From an uncultured Gemmatimonadales bacterium (GTDB taxonomy: Bacteria; Gemmatimonadota; Gemmatimonadetes; Longimicrobiales; RSA9): a stretch of 64,000 nucleotides of DNA. The notes under the pieces were generated by a model. The model was given only the letters and a program-made list of their open reading frames with translations. It did not search any database and was not told the DNA's origin. The number at the start of each line of letters is the position of its first letter. The first letter of the stretch is position 1. The position numbers were made by a program, and so were the translations under genes. The stretch is from positions 32,001 to 96,000 of the forward strand of contig CAWFKH010000003.1 of assembly GCA_963816355.1 (NCBI GenBank), written 5' to 3'. This document shows positions 24,291 through 34,817 of this stretch, one piece after another.

Positions 24291-25613
24291 ATGGCGAACG
24301 CGACGGACCTGATGGAGAAGCTGGTGTCCCTGTGCAAGCGCCGGGGATACGTGTACCAGTCTTCGGAGATCTACGGCGGCACCGGGTCGGTGTGGGATTA
24401 CGGTCCGCTCGGGGTCGAGTTGAAGCGCAACATCCAGGAAGCGTGGTGGCGTGCGATGGTGCACGAGCGGGACGACGTCGAGGGTCTGGACGCGGCGATC
24501 CTGATGCATCCGCGGGTGTGGGAGGCGAGCGGCCACGTCGCCGGGTTCACCGATCCGTTGGTCGAGTGCGGCAACTGCCACCGCCGCTTCCGCGCGGACC
24601 GGCCGGAGCTGGCGGATGGCCAGTGCCCGGTGTGCGGGGCGCGCGATTCGCTCACCGAGCCGCGTCTCTTCAACCTGATGTTCAGGACGTTCATGGGTGC
24701 GGTCGAGGACGACGCGGCGGTCGTCTACCTGCGTCCCGAGACGGCGCAGGGCAGCTACGTCAACTTCCAGAACGTGCTGACCAGCAGCCGCCAGCGCATC
24801 CCGTTCGGCATCGCGCAGGTGGGCAAGGCGTTCCGCAACGAGATCACGCCAGGCAACTTCGTGTTCCGCACGCGCGAGTTCGAGCAGATGGAGATGCAGT
24901 TCTTCGTCGAGCCGGGCAGCGACGACGAGTGGTTCGAGTACTGGAAAGCCGCGCGCATGGAGTGGCACACGCGGCTCGGCATCGATGCGGCGAAGCTGCG
25001 CTTCCACGAGCACGGGCCGGACGAGCTCGCGCACTACGCGAAGCGCGCCTTCGACATCCAGTACGCGTTCCCGTTCGGCTGGCAGGAGTTCGAGGGGATC
25101 CACAACCGTACGGACTTCGACCTGCGGCGCCACCAGGAGTACTCCGGCAAGAAGCTGGAGTACGTCGACCCGGTCGAGCGCGACAAGCGCTACATCCCCT
25201 ACGTCATCGAGACCGCCGTGGGCCTCGGTCGCGCTTTCCTCGTCGTGCTCGCCGACGCGTACCGTGAGGAGGAGATCGAGGGCGACACGCGCGTGGTGCT
25301 TCGGCTCCACCCACGGCTCGCGCCCACGAAGGTGGCGGTCTTCCCGCTCGTGAAGAAGGACGGCATGCCGGAGGTGGCGCGTCGCATCCACGACGGCTTC
25401 CGCGCTGCCGCGATCCCCTCCTTCTACGACGACGGCGGCTCCATCGGCAAGCGCTACCGCCGTCAGGACGAGGCGGGCACGCCGTTCTGCATCACGGTCG
25501 ACGGCGATACCGCGGGTGAGGAGACGGTCACCGTTCGGGATCGCGACACGCTGGCGCAGGAGCGCATCGCCATCGGGCGGCTCGTCGAGTACCTGAGGGC
25601 GAAGATCGAGTAG
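24291..25613 (+). CDS. glyQS: Glycine--tRNA ligase, homodimeric alpha2 type
   Basis: CKRRG, DYGPLG, YLRPETAQG, GKAFRNEITP, REFEQME, SIGKRYRRQDEAGTPFC. Confidence 0.96.
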   Translation: MANATDLMEKLVSLCKRRGYVYQSSEIYGGTGSVWDYGPLGVELKRNIQEAWWRAMVHERDDVEGLDAAILMHPRVWEASGHVAGFTDPLVECGNCHRRFRADRPELADGQCPVCGARDSLTEPRLFNLMFRTFMGAVEDDAAVVYLRPETAQGSYVNFQNVLTSSRQRIPFGIAQVGKAFRNEITPGNFVFRTREFEQMEMQFFVEPGSDDEWFEYWKAARMEWHTRLGIDAAKLRFHEHGPDELAHYAKRAFDIQYAFPFGWQEFEGIHNRTDFDLRRHQEYSGKKLEYVDPVERDKRYIPYVIETAVGLGRAFLVVLADAYREEEIEGDTRVVLRLHPRLAPTKVAVFPLVKKDGMPEVARRIHDGFRAAAIPSFYDDGGSIGKRYRRQDEAGTPFCITVDGDTAGEETVTVRDRDTLAQERIAIGRLVEYLRAKIE

Positions 25614-25654
25614 CAGGTCGCCGACCTGACACGCAACGACCCACCCGGAAAGCC

Positions 25655-27142
25655 ATGACTGCACGCGAGGACGCCGGCGCCGCGAGCGAGACGTTCACCA
25701 GCCGCTGGGGCATGATGGCGGCGATGCTCGGCATGGCGGTCGGCACCGGCAACATCTGGCGCTTCCCGCGCATCGCGGCCTCCAACGGGGGCGGCTCCTT
25801 CCTCGTCGCGTGGGTGATCTTCCTCCTCGCCTGGTCGGTGCCGCTGATCATCGTCGAGTTCGCGATGGGGAAGGAGACCCGCTACGGCGCGGTCGGCGCG
25901 TTCAGCCGCCTCGTCGGCCCCCGCTTCGCGTGGATGGGCGCCTGGGTCGCCTTCACTGCCAGCGCGATCATGTTCTACTACACGGTCGTAATGGGCTGGA
26001 CGCTGCGCTACCTGTGGGCCGCGCTGACCGGCGAGCTGCCGGGCGCCGAGCCCGGCGCGGTGTGGCAGGCGTTCGCCTACACGCCGCACGTCCTCATCTA
26101 CCACGCGATCGCGATGGCGCTCGCCGTGTGGGTCGTCGCTCGGGGCGTGAAGGGGATCGAGAGCGCGGCCCGCATCCTGATCCCGAGCCTCTTCGTGCTC
26201 GTCGTCATCCTCGCCATCCGCGCGGTGACGCTGCCCGGCGCGGCGCGCGGGCTGAACTTCCTCTTCACGCCGTCGTGGAGCGCGCTGAAGGACTATCACA
26301 TCTGGCTGCAGGCGCTGACGCAGAACGCGTGGGACACCGGCGCCGGCTGGGGTCTGATCCTCACGTACGCGCTCTACATGCGGAAGCGGGAGGACACGGC
26401 GCTGAACTCCTTCATGCTCGGCTTCGGCAACAACACCGTATCGCTGCTCGCCGGCATCATGGTGCTGTGCACCGTGTTCTCGATCATGCCGGACGCACGC
26501 GACCAGATCGTGGGCGCGAGCAACGAGGGCCTCACCTTCATCTGGGTGCCGCAGCTCTTCGCCCGCATGCCCGCCGGCCGCTTCTTCATGATCCTCTTCT
26601 TCCTCGCGCTCGTCTTCGCCGCCTGGACCAGCCTCATCTCCATGATCGAGCTGGCGACGCGCGTGCTGCAGGACGGCGGCATGGCGCGGCGCCGCGCGAT
26701 CTGGCTCGTCGGCGGCTTCGGCTTCCTGCTCGGCGTCCCCTCCGCGCTCTCCCAGAACGTCTTCGCCGACCAGGACTTCGTGTGGGGCGTCGGCCTCATG
26801 GTGTCCGGCCTCTTCTTCGCCTTCGCCGTGCTGCGCTACGGCGTGCGCCGATTCCGCGAGCAGCTCGTCAACACCGCCGATTCCGACATCCGCATCGGCG
26901 TGTGGTGGGAATGGGCCATCCGGCTCGTCGTCGTCGAGGCGATCGTGCTGATCGTCTGGTGGATCGCCCAGATGCGGAAGGAGCCGCTCTTCGGCACATA
27001 CGGTATCGGCACCACCCTCGCCCAGTTCGCCGTCGCCCTCGCCTTCTTCCTCCTCGCCAACGGTTGGATGGTCCGACGCACGCATCCGGAGCACGAGCGT
27101 GAGACCGCGCCGGCGGGGCACATGCCGCCATCGATCCCGTAG
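25655..27142 (+). CDS. Sodium-dependent NSS (SNF) family transporter
   Basis: GMAVGTGNIWRFP, NGGGSF, EFAMG, about 12 transmembrane segments. Confidence 0.92.
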   Translation: MTAREDAGAASETFTSRWGMMAAMLGMAVGTGNIWRFPRIAASNGGGSFLVAWVIFLLAWSVPLIIVEFAMGKETRYGAVGAFSRLVGPRFAWMGAWVAFTASAIMFYYTVVMGWTLRYLWAALTGELPGAEPGAVWQAFAYTPHVLIYHAIAMALAVWVVARGVKGIESAARILIPSLFVLVVILAIRAVTLPGAARGLNFLFTPSWSALKDYHIWLQALTQNAWDTGAGWGLILTYALYMRKREDTALNSFMLGFGNNTVSLLAGIMVLCTVFSIMPDARDQIVGASNEGLTFIWVPQLFARMPAGRFFMILFFLALVFAAWTSLISMIELATRVLQDGGMARRRAIWLVGGFGFLLGVPSALSQNVFADQDFVWGVGLMVSGLFFAFAVLRYGVRRFREQLVNTADSDIRIGVWWEWAIRLVVVEAIVLIVWWIAQMRKEPLFGTYGIGTTLAQFAVALAFFLLANGWMVRRTHPEHERETAPAGHMPPSIP

Positions 27143-27164
27143 CGACTCCTACCGGCGCGCGGTG

Positions 27165-28391
27165 ATGGCGACCCACCGGCGAGCGGCGGCGGCGATCGAC
27201 CCTCTCCGCGCGGCGCTCGCTCTCGCCCTTGCGGCCGCGCTCGGCGCCTGCGCCGGCGCGCCCGCCCGCGCCCCGGCGGGCACCGACGGCGTCGCCGGCG
27301 TCGCGCCCGGCGCCGCCGCGCCCAGCGCCGCCGCGGCGGGCGAGCCGCCCGCCTACCGCGCGCTCGTCGTCAACCAGGCGTCCGACGTGGTGACGCGGAT
27401 CGGCTTCACTCCAGGCGGGGGTGCGAGCGCGCTCGGGGATCTGCCGATCGGCGAGCGTCGGGACGAGATCGAGGCGGCGCACGGTCTGCGCACCGCGCCG
27501 GACGGCCGCTACTGGTACGTCGCCATCTCCCACGGCAAGCCGAACGGCCGCGTCTGGAAGATGGATGCGCGTTCGGACACGCTGCTCGGCGCCGCGCAGG
27601 TCGGCGTCTTCCCCGGCGCGATGGCGGTAAGCCGCGACGGCCGCTTCCTCTTCGTCACGAACATGAACATCGACGGGCCGCCGCGGCCGGCGCCGGTGTC
27701 CGTCGTGTTCACTTCCAGCATGACCGAGGTGGCGCGGGTGGCCGCGTGCGTGCTCCCGGCCGGGAACCGGCTGAACGAGTCCGGCACACGGGACTACACG
27801 GTTTGCGCCGGCTCCGACCAGCTCGTCGAGATCGACGCCCGCCGCCGCCGTGTGAGCGCGCGCTTCTCGCTGGAGCCGGGCGCCGAGCGGCGCCTTGCGG
27901 ACACGCTGGTCGACGCGCCCGCGCGGAGCATCGACCTGCGCGAGGCCGCGTGCTCGCCCGGCTGGGTCACGCCGGGTCGGGGCGCGCGCGCGAACCGCGT
28001 CGTATACGTCGCGTGCGGCGGCGCCGGCACGCTCGACGAGGTCGACGTGCGGCAATGGCGCCTCGTCCGGCGCATCGCGCTCGACGCTTCTCCGGCCGGC
28101 ATGGCCGCGACGCCGGACGGCAAGCTGCTGCTCGTGGCGCTGCGCGATGCGGCGGCGGTGGCGGTCGTGGACCTGGACGCGGGCCGGGTGCGCGCCCGGA
28201 TCCCGACCTCCGCGCCGGTGCCCCACGGGATCGTCGTCACGCGCGACGGCCGCTTCGCCTTCGTCAGCGACGAGGGGCAGGGCAGCGGCCGCGGCGCCGT
28301 GGACGTCCTCGACCTGTCCACGCTGCGGCGCGTCGCCTCCGTCGAGGTCCGCTTCCAGCCGGGGCCGATCGACGTATGGGGCGCTCGCTGA
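27165..28391 (+). CDS. YncE/YVTN-type beta-propeller lipoprotein
   Basis: Lipobox LGAC; repeats such as PHGIVVTRDGRFAFVS and PAGMAATPDGK. Confidence 0.8.
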   Translation: MATHRRAAAAIDPLRAALALALAAALGACAGAPARAPAGTDGVAGVAPGAAAPSAAAAGEPPAYRALVVNQASDVVTRIGFTPGGGASALGDLPIGERRDEIEAAHGLRTAPDGRYWYVAISHGKPNGRVWKMDARSDTLLGAAQVGVFPGAMAVSRDGRFLFVTNMNIDGPPRPAPVSVVFTSSMTEVARVAACVLPAGNRLNESGTRDYTVCAGSDQLVEIDARRRRVSARFSLEPGAERRLADTLVDAPARSIDLREAACSPGWVTPGRGARANRVVYVACGGAGTLDEVDVRQWRLVRRIALDASPAGMAATPDGKLLLVALRDAAAVAVVDLDAGRVRARIPTSAPVPHGIVVTRDGRFAFVSDEGQGSGRGAVDVLDLSTLRRVASVEVRFQPGPIDVWGAR

Positions 28392-28413
28392 GCCGGCGCG
28401 TGCTGCGCCGCCG

Positions 28414-29160
28414 GTGAAGTACGCGGCGTTCGAGCGCCTGTCGCGCCGGCTGTGGCGCGAGATCCCGGCCGCGTACCGCGAAGGTGTCGACGGCGTCGTC
28501 GTCCGCGATGCGGCGCTTCCCCACCCGGATCGCGCCGACGTCTACACGCTCGGCGAGTGCCTGACCGAGTCGTATCCCTCCGACTACGAGGGGCCGGAGA
28601 CGGTGCGCTCGACCCTCGTCCTCTACTACGGCTCCTTCGCGCGGCTGGCGCGGCTCGATCCGGATTTCGACTGGGAGGAGGAGCTGTGGGAGACGCTCAC
28701 CCACGAGCTGCACCACCACCTCGAGTCGCTCGCGGACGAGGCGGCGCTCGAGGCCGCCGACTACGCCGCCGAAGAGCAGTTCAAGCGCCTCGAGGGCAAG
28801 CCGTTCGATCCCTTCTACTACCGCTCCGGCCTCCTCGCCGCGCCCGGCGTCCGCCGCGTCGACCACGACTTCTTCCGCGAGATCGTCTACCGCGCGGGCG
28901 AGCTGCGGCCGGGCGGCTCGCTGCGTTTCGACTGGCGCGGCGAGCGCTGGGCGGTGCCGCTCCCGGATCCGCTCGGCGACGTCGCCTATCTGCGCGTCCT
29001 GCGCGGTCCCGAGACCGGCCCGGGCGAGCTGTGCGTCGTACTCGCGCGGCGGCGCGGCGCATGGGAGACGGTGCGCTCCCTCTTCCGCCGCCGTCCCGTT
29101 GTCGTGGTGCAGGCCGACGTCGATGCGCGGGCGGTGGACGCGGCACCGGACGCGGGATAG
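28414..29160 (+). CDS. Zincin-like metallopeptidase family protein
   Basis: LYYGSF...WETLTHELHHHLE (HExxH). Confidence 0.75.
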   Translation: MKYAAFERLSRRLWREIPAAYREGVDGVVVRDAALPHPDRADVYTLGECLTESYPSDYEGPETVRSTLVLYYGSFARLARLDPDFDWEEELWETLTHELHHHLESLADEAALEAADYAAEEQFKRLEGKPFDPFYYRSGLLAAPGVRRVDHDFFREIVYRAGELRPGGSLRFDWRGERWAVPLPDPLGDVAYLRVLRGPETGPGELCVVLARRRGAWETVRSLFRRRPVVVVQADVDARAVDAAPDAG

Positions 29161-29168
29161 CTTCACGC

Positions 29169-30029
29169 ATGCCGCAGAACGAGGGTGCACCGGCTTCCTC
29201 CGAAGGTCCCCGTCCGACCCCCTACGAGCTCGCCTTGGCCGCCGCGGGCGTCGAGGACGATGTCTTCCCCGCGATCGTCGAGGAGGCGGGCACCCGCGAC
29301 GTCGACGCGCGCGATCCGGAGCGCTTCATCCTGCTCGGCTCCGTCGGCGCGGTGCTGCGCGAGCTGCTGGCGCCCGCGCCCGATGCCGCCGCCCCCACGC
29401 CGGCGGGCGAGCTGCTCGGAGAAGCCGCGCGCCTGCTCTACCACGGCTACCATTTCTGGCGCGCCGGCCGCCCGTTCTTCGTGGTCGACGCGGACGTCGT
29501 GCGGTCGGCCGTGGCGCAGCCGCCCTCGATCGGGGCGTGGCACCTGGACCTGCCCGCCGACGCGGGCTACCTCCAGCTCCCGCGCCACCTCATCTGGGCG
29601 CGCGCCGTCGAGGGCGCCGCGCCGGAGGCGGTGGACGGCTTCTTCTGGACCGTGCGCGAGCGCGACGACGGCGATGTCCGCGCCCTCGACGTGCTCCTCG
29701 TGCTGGGCATGCGGCCCGGCCGTCCCGGCTTCAGCGTGGTCGACGTCGCGGGCCGCCTGCCGCCCGGCGGCGCCGCCGGCTGGGCCGCGTCGCGCGCCCG
29801 CGCCGAGGGCGGCGATTTCGCCAACATCCTGCCGGGCGGAGAGATCGACGGGCTGCTCGCGCTCACCACCTCCGAGGAGGTGCTCAAGCTCGCCGAGATC
29901 CTCTTCTGGATCGCCGCGCACCAGCCGTCCGCCACGGCTCCGGCGGTGGAGCCGGCCGCGGCCGCCGCTCCGGACAATCCTTCCACGCTCCCGGCTCGGC
30001 GGATCCATCCGCCGGACGCCGGTGGATAG
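29169..30029 (+). CDS. Hypothetical protein
   Basis: Protein-like composition; fills the gap exactly in a co-directional operon. Confidence 0.7.
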   Translation: MPQNEGAPASSEGPRPTPYELALAAAGVEDDVFPAIVEEAGTRDVDARDPERFILLGSVGAVLRELLAPAPDAAAPTPAGELLGEAARLLYHGYHFWRAGRPFFVVDADVVRSAVAQPPSIGAWHLDLPADAGYLQLPRHLIWARAVEGAAPEAVDGFFWTVRERDDGDVRALDVLLVLGMRPGRPGFSVVDVAGRLPPGGAAGWAASRARAEGGDFANILPGGEIDGLLALTTSEEVLKLAEILFWIAAHQPSATAPAVEPAAAAAPDNPSTLPARRIHPPDAGG

Positions 30030-31789
30030 GCACGCGGTCGCGCTCGTGCTCGACGAGATCGCGACGCTGATGGAGCTGCTCGGCGAGAACCGCTACAAGG
30101 CCCGCGCGTTCGCCGCCGCGGCGCGCACCGTCGACGCGCTCGAAACGGACTTCGACGATCTCGTCCGCGCCGGCGCGCTCGTGGACGTCCCGGGGCTCGG
30201 CCCCGCGACCGCGCGCGCCGCCCGCGAAGTCGTCGAAACCGGCGATTCGACGCTCCACCGCGAGCTCCGGCGCCGCACGCCGGACGCGCTCCTCGACCTG
30301 CTCGCGGTGCCGGGCCTCGGCGCCGCGCGCATCCACCGGCTGCACGCCGAGCTCGGCGTCGAGAACCTCGCCGACCTCGAGGCCGCCGCACGCGACGGCC
30401 GCATCGCGGACCTCGCCGGATTCGGTCCCAGAACGCAGGCGACGATCCTCGCCGGGATCGGCTTCGTCCACTCCAGCGCCGGACGCCGCCGCCAGCCCGC
30501 GGCCTTCGCGGCCGCAGCGCGCCTCGTCGGCTATCTCGAGGGGACCGGCGTGGCCGCGCGGGTGAGGCTCGCCGGCGAGGCGCGGCGCCGCTGCGAGACC
30601 GTCGACGGCATCGACGTCGTCGTGGAATGCGACGACGCGGCCGCGGCGATCGACGCCTTCCTCCGCCTCCCCGGCCTGGCTCCGGTACGGACGCCCGTCG
30701 GCTCCGGCGAGGACGCGGCGGCGCCGGCGGCCGAGCCATCCCCGGCCGCGGCCGGGCGCCTCGCCGACGGCCTGACGCTCCGCGTCCGCTGCGCTCCGCC
30801 GGACGCGTTCGGCGCGGCGTGGCTCGCTGCGACCGGCTCCCCCCGTCACACCGGCGCGCTGCGGCGGCGCGCGGCGGAGCGCGGGCTCGACCTCCGCCCC
30901 GATGGGCTGTGGCGCGGCGAGCAGCGGGTGGCGGGTGCGGAAGAGGTGGAGATCTACGGCGCGCTCGGCCTCGATCTCGTGCCGCCGGAGCTGCGCGAGG
31001 ACGGCCGCGAAATCGACGTCGCGGCGCACCGCGCGCTGCCGCGCCTGATCGAGGACGCCGACCTCCGCGGCTGCTTCCACTGCCACACCACATTCAGCGA
31101 CGGCCGCGCGACGCCGGAGCAGATGGCGGAGGCGGCGTTCGCACGCGGCTGGCGCTACCTCGGGATCGCCGACCACTCCCGCGCCGCCGCCTACGCGGGT
31201 GGACTCGAGCCGGAGGACGTGCTGCGCCAGCACGCCGCGATCGACGCGTGGAACGAGCGGCGCGGCGACGACTTGTGGCTCTTCAAGGGCGTCGAGGCCG
31301 ACATCCTCGCCGATGGCTGCCTCGACTACGCCGACGTCCCCGGCCTCCTCGACCGTTTCGACTACGTCGTCGCTTCCGTCCACTCCGGCTTCCGCGCCGA
31401 CCGGTGCGGCGATGACGCGCCGCCTCCTCAACGCGCTCGACGACCCCCACGTCACCTTCCTCGGCCATCCCACCGGCCGGCTCCTCCTGCGCCGCGAGGG
31501 GTACCCGCTCGACCTGGAAGCCGTCCTCGATCGCGCCGCCGAGCGCGGCGTCGCGATCGAGATCAACGCCAGTCCGAATCGTCTCGACCTCGACTGGCGT
31601 CACTGGCCTGCCGCGACGGCGCGCGGCATCCCCGCCGCCATCAACCCCGACGCCCACTCCGTGGCCGGCCTCGACGACGTGGCCTACGGCGTCGGCGTCG
31701 CCCGCAAGGGATGGCTGCGCGCCGCCGACGTCGTCAACTGCTGGGCGCTCGGGGACGTGAGCGCCTTCTTCCGCGAAAGAGGGAGCTGA
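30022..31789 (+). pseudogene. polX: PolX/PHP-domain protein split by a +1 frameshift near 31405 (pseudogene or sequence error)
   Basis: GENRYKARA, HhH motifs VPGLG, ATGS..H, PPELRE; PHP motifs HCHTTFSDG, DHS, GHPTGR, INPDAH. Removing one base in CGG-T-GCGGCGATG joins the two frames. Confidence 0.85.
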
Positions 31790-31795
31790 ACGGGA

Positions 31796-32554
31796 ATGGC
31801 GAAGGCCCGAGGCACGGCGAAGAAGATGGACGCGAAGCGGGCCGCGGGCGGTGCGAAGCGGTCCGCAGGCGGTGCGAAGCGGGCCGCAGGCGAGCCGCCG
31901 CGCCGCCGGCGCGAGTCGAAGCAAGCGAAGCGCGAGCGCACGCTGGAGATCCTGCGGCGGCTCCACGCGGAGTACCCGGATGCGACGTGTTCGCTCGAGC
32001 ACCGGGACCCGTATCAGCTGCTCGTCGCGACGATCCTTTCGGCGCAGTGCACGGACGAGCGCGTGAACCGGGTCACGCCGGCGCTCTTCGAGCGCTACCC
32101 GGACGTGGAGGACCTCGCCGGGGCGCGCGCGGAGGACGTCGAGGCGCTGATCCGGTCGACCGGCTTCTTCCGCAACAAGACGAAGAGCCTGCTCGGCATG
32201 GCGAACGCGGTGGTGGACCGGCACGAGGGAGAGATCCCCGCCGCCATGGACGCGCTCACGAAGCTGCCGGGAGTGGGCCGCAAGACCGCGAACGTGGTCC
32301 TGGGCAACGCGTTCGACACGAACGTGGGCGTGGTCGTGGACACGCACGTGAAGCGGCTCTCGAAGCGGCTGGGGCTGAGCGGCCAGACGGACGCGGTGAA
32401 GATCGAGAAGGAGCTCATGGAAGTCGTGCCCCGCGACGAATGGACGGACGTGTCGCATCTCTTCATCTTCCACGGGCGGGCGGTGTGCCGGGCGCCGACC
32501 CCGAGATGTGGGGAGTGCGTGCTGAGTGACATCTGCCCGTCGAGCCGGGTGTGA
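31796..32554 (+). CDS. nth: Endonuclease III
   Basis: ILSAQCTDERVN, LPGVGRKTANVV, VDTHV, 4Fe-4S motif C-x6-C-x2-C-x5-C; N-terminal (AKRAAGG)x3 tail. Confidence 0.96.
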   Translation: MAKARGTAKKMDAKRAAGGAKRSAGGAKRAAGEPPRRRRESKQAKRERTLEILRRLHAEYPDATCSLEHRDPYQLLVATILSAQCTDERVNRVTPALFERYPDVEDLAGARAEDVEALIRSTGFFRNKTKSLLGMANAVVDRHEGEIPAAMDALTKLPGVGRKTANVVLGNAFDTNVGVVVDTHVKRLSKRLGLSGQTDAVKIEKELMEVVPRDEWTDVSHLFIFHGRAVCRAPTPRCGECVLSDICPSSRV

Positions 32555-32609
32555 GGGCCGGGTGCGGGATGCGGGCCTGCGGCCTGTGCGTGGCGCGGGT
32601 GGATCGGGC

Positions 32610-34817
32610 ATGAGTGAGCGCCCGACGCTCGAGGGCTCCGCGAGTCCGTTCCTGCGGCACGGCGCCGAGCAGCCGGTGCGCTGGTTGCCGTGGGGCGCCG
32701 AGGCGCTCGAGCTGGCGCGGGCCCAGGACCGGCCGATCCTGCTCGATATCGGCGCCGCGTGGTGCCACTGGTGCCACGTCATGGACCGCGAGAGCTACGA
32801 GGATCCCGCCACGGCGGCACTCGTGAACGAGCTGTTCGTCCCGGTGAAGGTGGACCGCGACGAGCGGCCGGACGTCGACGCCCGCTATCAGCGCGCCGTG
32901 CAGGCACTCACGGGCCAGGGCGGCTGGCCGCTCACGGCCTTCCTCGCGCCCGACGGCCGCGCCTTCTACGGCGGCACCTACTTTCCGCCGCAGGACGGCC
33001 ATGGCCGCCCCTCCTTCCGGCGCGTGCTACGCGAGATCGCGCGCGTCTGGCGTGAGGACCGCGACGGCGCGCTGAAGCAGGCCGACGCGCTGCGCGGCCG
33101 CCTCGCGGAGTCCGACGCCGCGCTGCGCCAGGGGGCGGAGCTGTCGAGCGCGCTCGGCGACGTCGCCGTCGAGGCGCTCGCGGACGAGTTCGACTTCCGC
33201 CATGGCGGCTTCGGGCGCGCGCCGAAGTTCCCGAACCCGGGTGGTCTGCACCTCCTTCTCGACCGCTGGCTCGACGACGGCGTCGACTGGCAGCGCCGCG
33301 TCGTCCTCGAGACGCTGCGCGCCATGGGCCGCGGCGGCGTCTTCGACCAGCTCGGCGGCGGCTTCCACCGCTACGCCACCGACGCACGCTGGCTGATCCC
33401 CCACTTCGAGAAGATGGCGTACGACAACGGCCCCCTCCTCGAGCTCTACGCCCGCGCCGCCGCCACGCTCGACGAGCCGTTCTTCGCCGACGTCGCGCGC
33501 GCGATCCTGCGCTACTACGACGACGTCGCGCCCGCGCTCCTCGCGCGCGGCGGCTTCCCGGCGTCGCAGGACGCCGACATCGGCATGGACGACGACGGCG
33601 ACTACTGGACGTGGACCGCCGACGAGGTCCGCGACGCCCTCGGCGGCGACGGGCGCGCCACGCGTGCCGCGCTGCTGCGCTACGGCTTCGACGATCCGGG
33701 CGCCGCGATGCACCTGGACCCGGACCGCCACGTCCTTTTCCTCGGCCGCGAAGCCGGGGAGGTCGCCGCGCGCCTCGACGACGACGCCCGCGGCGACGAC
33801 GGGACGGCGCCCGCGCGCCTCGACGACGCCGCCCGCGCGCTCCTCGACGCCGCCGCCCGCGCGCTCCTCGACGCCCGCGCGCGGCGGCCGCGTCCCTTCG
33901 TCGACGAGACCGTCTACGCCGACTGGACCGCCCTCGTCGCCTCCGGCCACATCGCCGCCGCGCGCCACCTCGGCGCGGCGGACGCCGGCGCGGCCGCGCT
34001 GCGCGCGCTCGACCGCGTCTGGGACGACGGCTGGACCGCCGGCGAGGGCGTCGACCACAGGCCTGGCGGCGCACCGGCCGGCCGCTTCCTGGCGGACCAG
34101 GCGTGCCTCGCGCAGGCGTGCCTCGACGCCTTCGAGCTCACCCAGGACCAGCGATGGCTCCGCCGCGCCCGCGCGCTCGCCGACGTCGCGATCGACCGCT
34201 TCACCGCCCCCGACGGCGCCGGCTTCGTCGACCGCGCAGTGGACGCTGCGGAGGGCGTCGGCGCGCTCGCCGAGCCGCACCGCCCGATCGCCGACGCGCC
34301 GGAGCCCGCCGGCAACGCGGTCGAGGCGCTCGCGCTGCTGCGGCTGCACGCGCTCACGGGCGAGGAGCGCTACCGGCGCGCGGCGCTGCGCACGCTCACC
34401 GCCTTCGCCGGCGCCGCCCGCCGCCTCGGCGCGGGCGCCGCGACCTACTTCCGCGCGGTCGACTGGGCGACACGCCCCGTGACCACGGTCGTCGTCGTGG
34501 GCGCCGAGGAGGACGCCGCCTCCGACCCGCTCTTCCGCGCCGCGCTCGGCGTGCACCGGCCGCGCACCGTGCTGCGCCGGCTGCGCGCCGGGGAGGCGCC
34601 GGCGGGGGAGCGGCGCGACGCTGGCGCCGCGATCGAGCGTGCGGAGGGCGGCGCGGCGGTCGCCCCCCCGCCCGAGCCGACCGCGCTGCCCCCGGAGCTG
34701 CGCGCGATGCTGAGCGGCGACGCGCCACGCGCCTACGTCTGCGTCGGGCGCACCTGCGCCGCGCCGGTCTCCGATCCCGCTGCGCTGGACGCGCTCCTGC
34801 GGACGTTTCGCGGATGA
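32610..34817 (+). CDS. Thioredoxin-domain/glycosidase-like protein (YyaL/DUF255)
   Basis: WCHWCHVM, KVDRDERPD, GGWPLT, APKFP, GGGFHRY, PHFEKM. Confidence 0.92.
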   Translation: MSERPTLEGSASPFLRHGAEQPVRWLPWGAEALELARAQDRPILLDIGAAWCHWCHVMDRESYEDPATAALVNELFVPVKVDRDERPDVDARYQRAVQALTGQGGWPLTAFLAPDGRAFYGGTYFPPQDGHGRPSFRRVLREIARVWREDRDGALKQADALRGRLAESDAALRQGAELSSALGDVAVEALADEFDFRHGGFGRAPKFPNPGGLHLLLDRWLDDGVDWQRRVVLETLRAMGRGGVFDQLGGGFHRYATDARWLIPHFEKMAYDNGPLLELYARAAATLDEPFFADVARAILRYYDDVAPALLARGGFPASQDADIGMDDDGDYWTWTADEVRDALGGDGRATRAALLRYGFDDPGAAMHLDPDRHVLFLGREAGEVAARLDDDARGDDGTAPARLDDAARALLDAAARALLDARARRPRPFVDETVYADWTALVASGHIAAARHLGAADAGAAALRALDRVWDDGWTAGEGVDHRPGGAPAGRFLADQACLAQACLDAFELTQDQRWLRRARALADVAIDRFTAPDGAGFVDRAVDAAEGVGALAEPHRPIADAPEPAGNAVEALALLRLHALTGEERYRRAALRTLTAFAGAARRLGAGAATYFRAVDWATRPVTTVVVVGAEEDAASDPLFRAALGVHRPRTVLRRLRAGEAPAGERRDAGAAIERAEGGAAVAPPPEPTALPPELRAMLSGDAPRAYVCVGRTCAAPVSDPAALDALLRTFRG

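Noticed and set aside
33830..33875. 24-bp in-frame duplication in YyaL, and 21-bp repeats in the nth 5' end
   Set aside because: In-frame low-complexity slippage with no sign of separate function.
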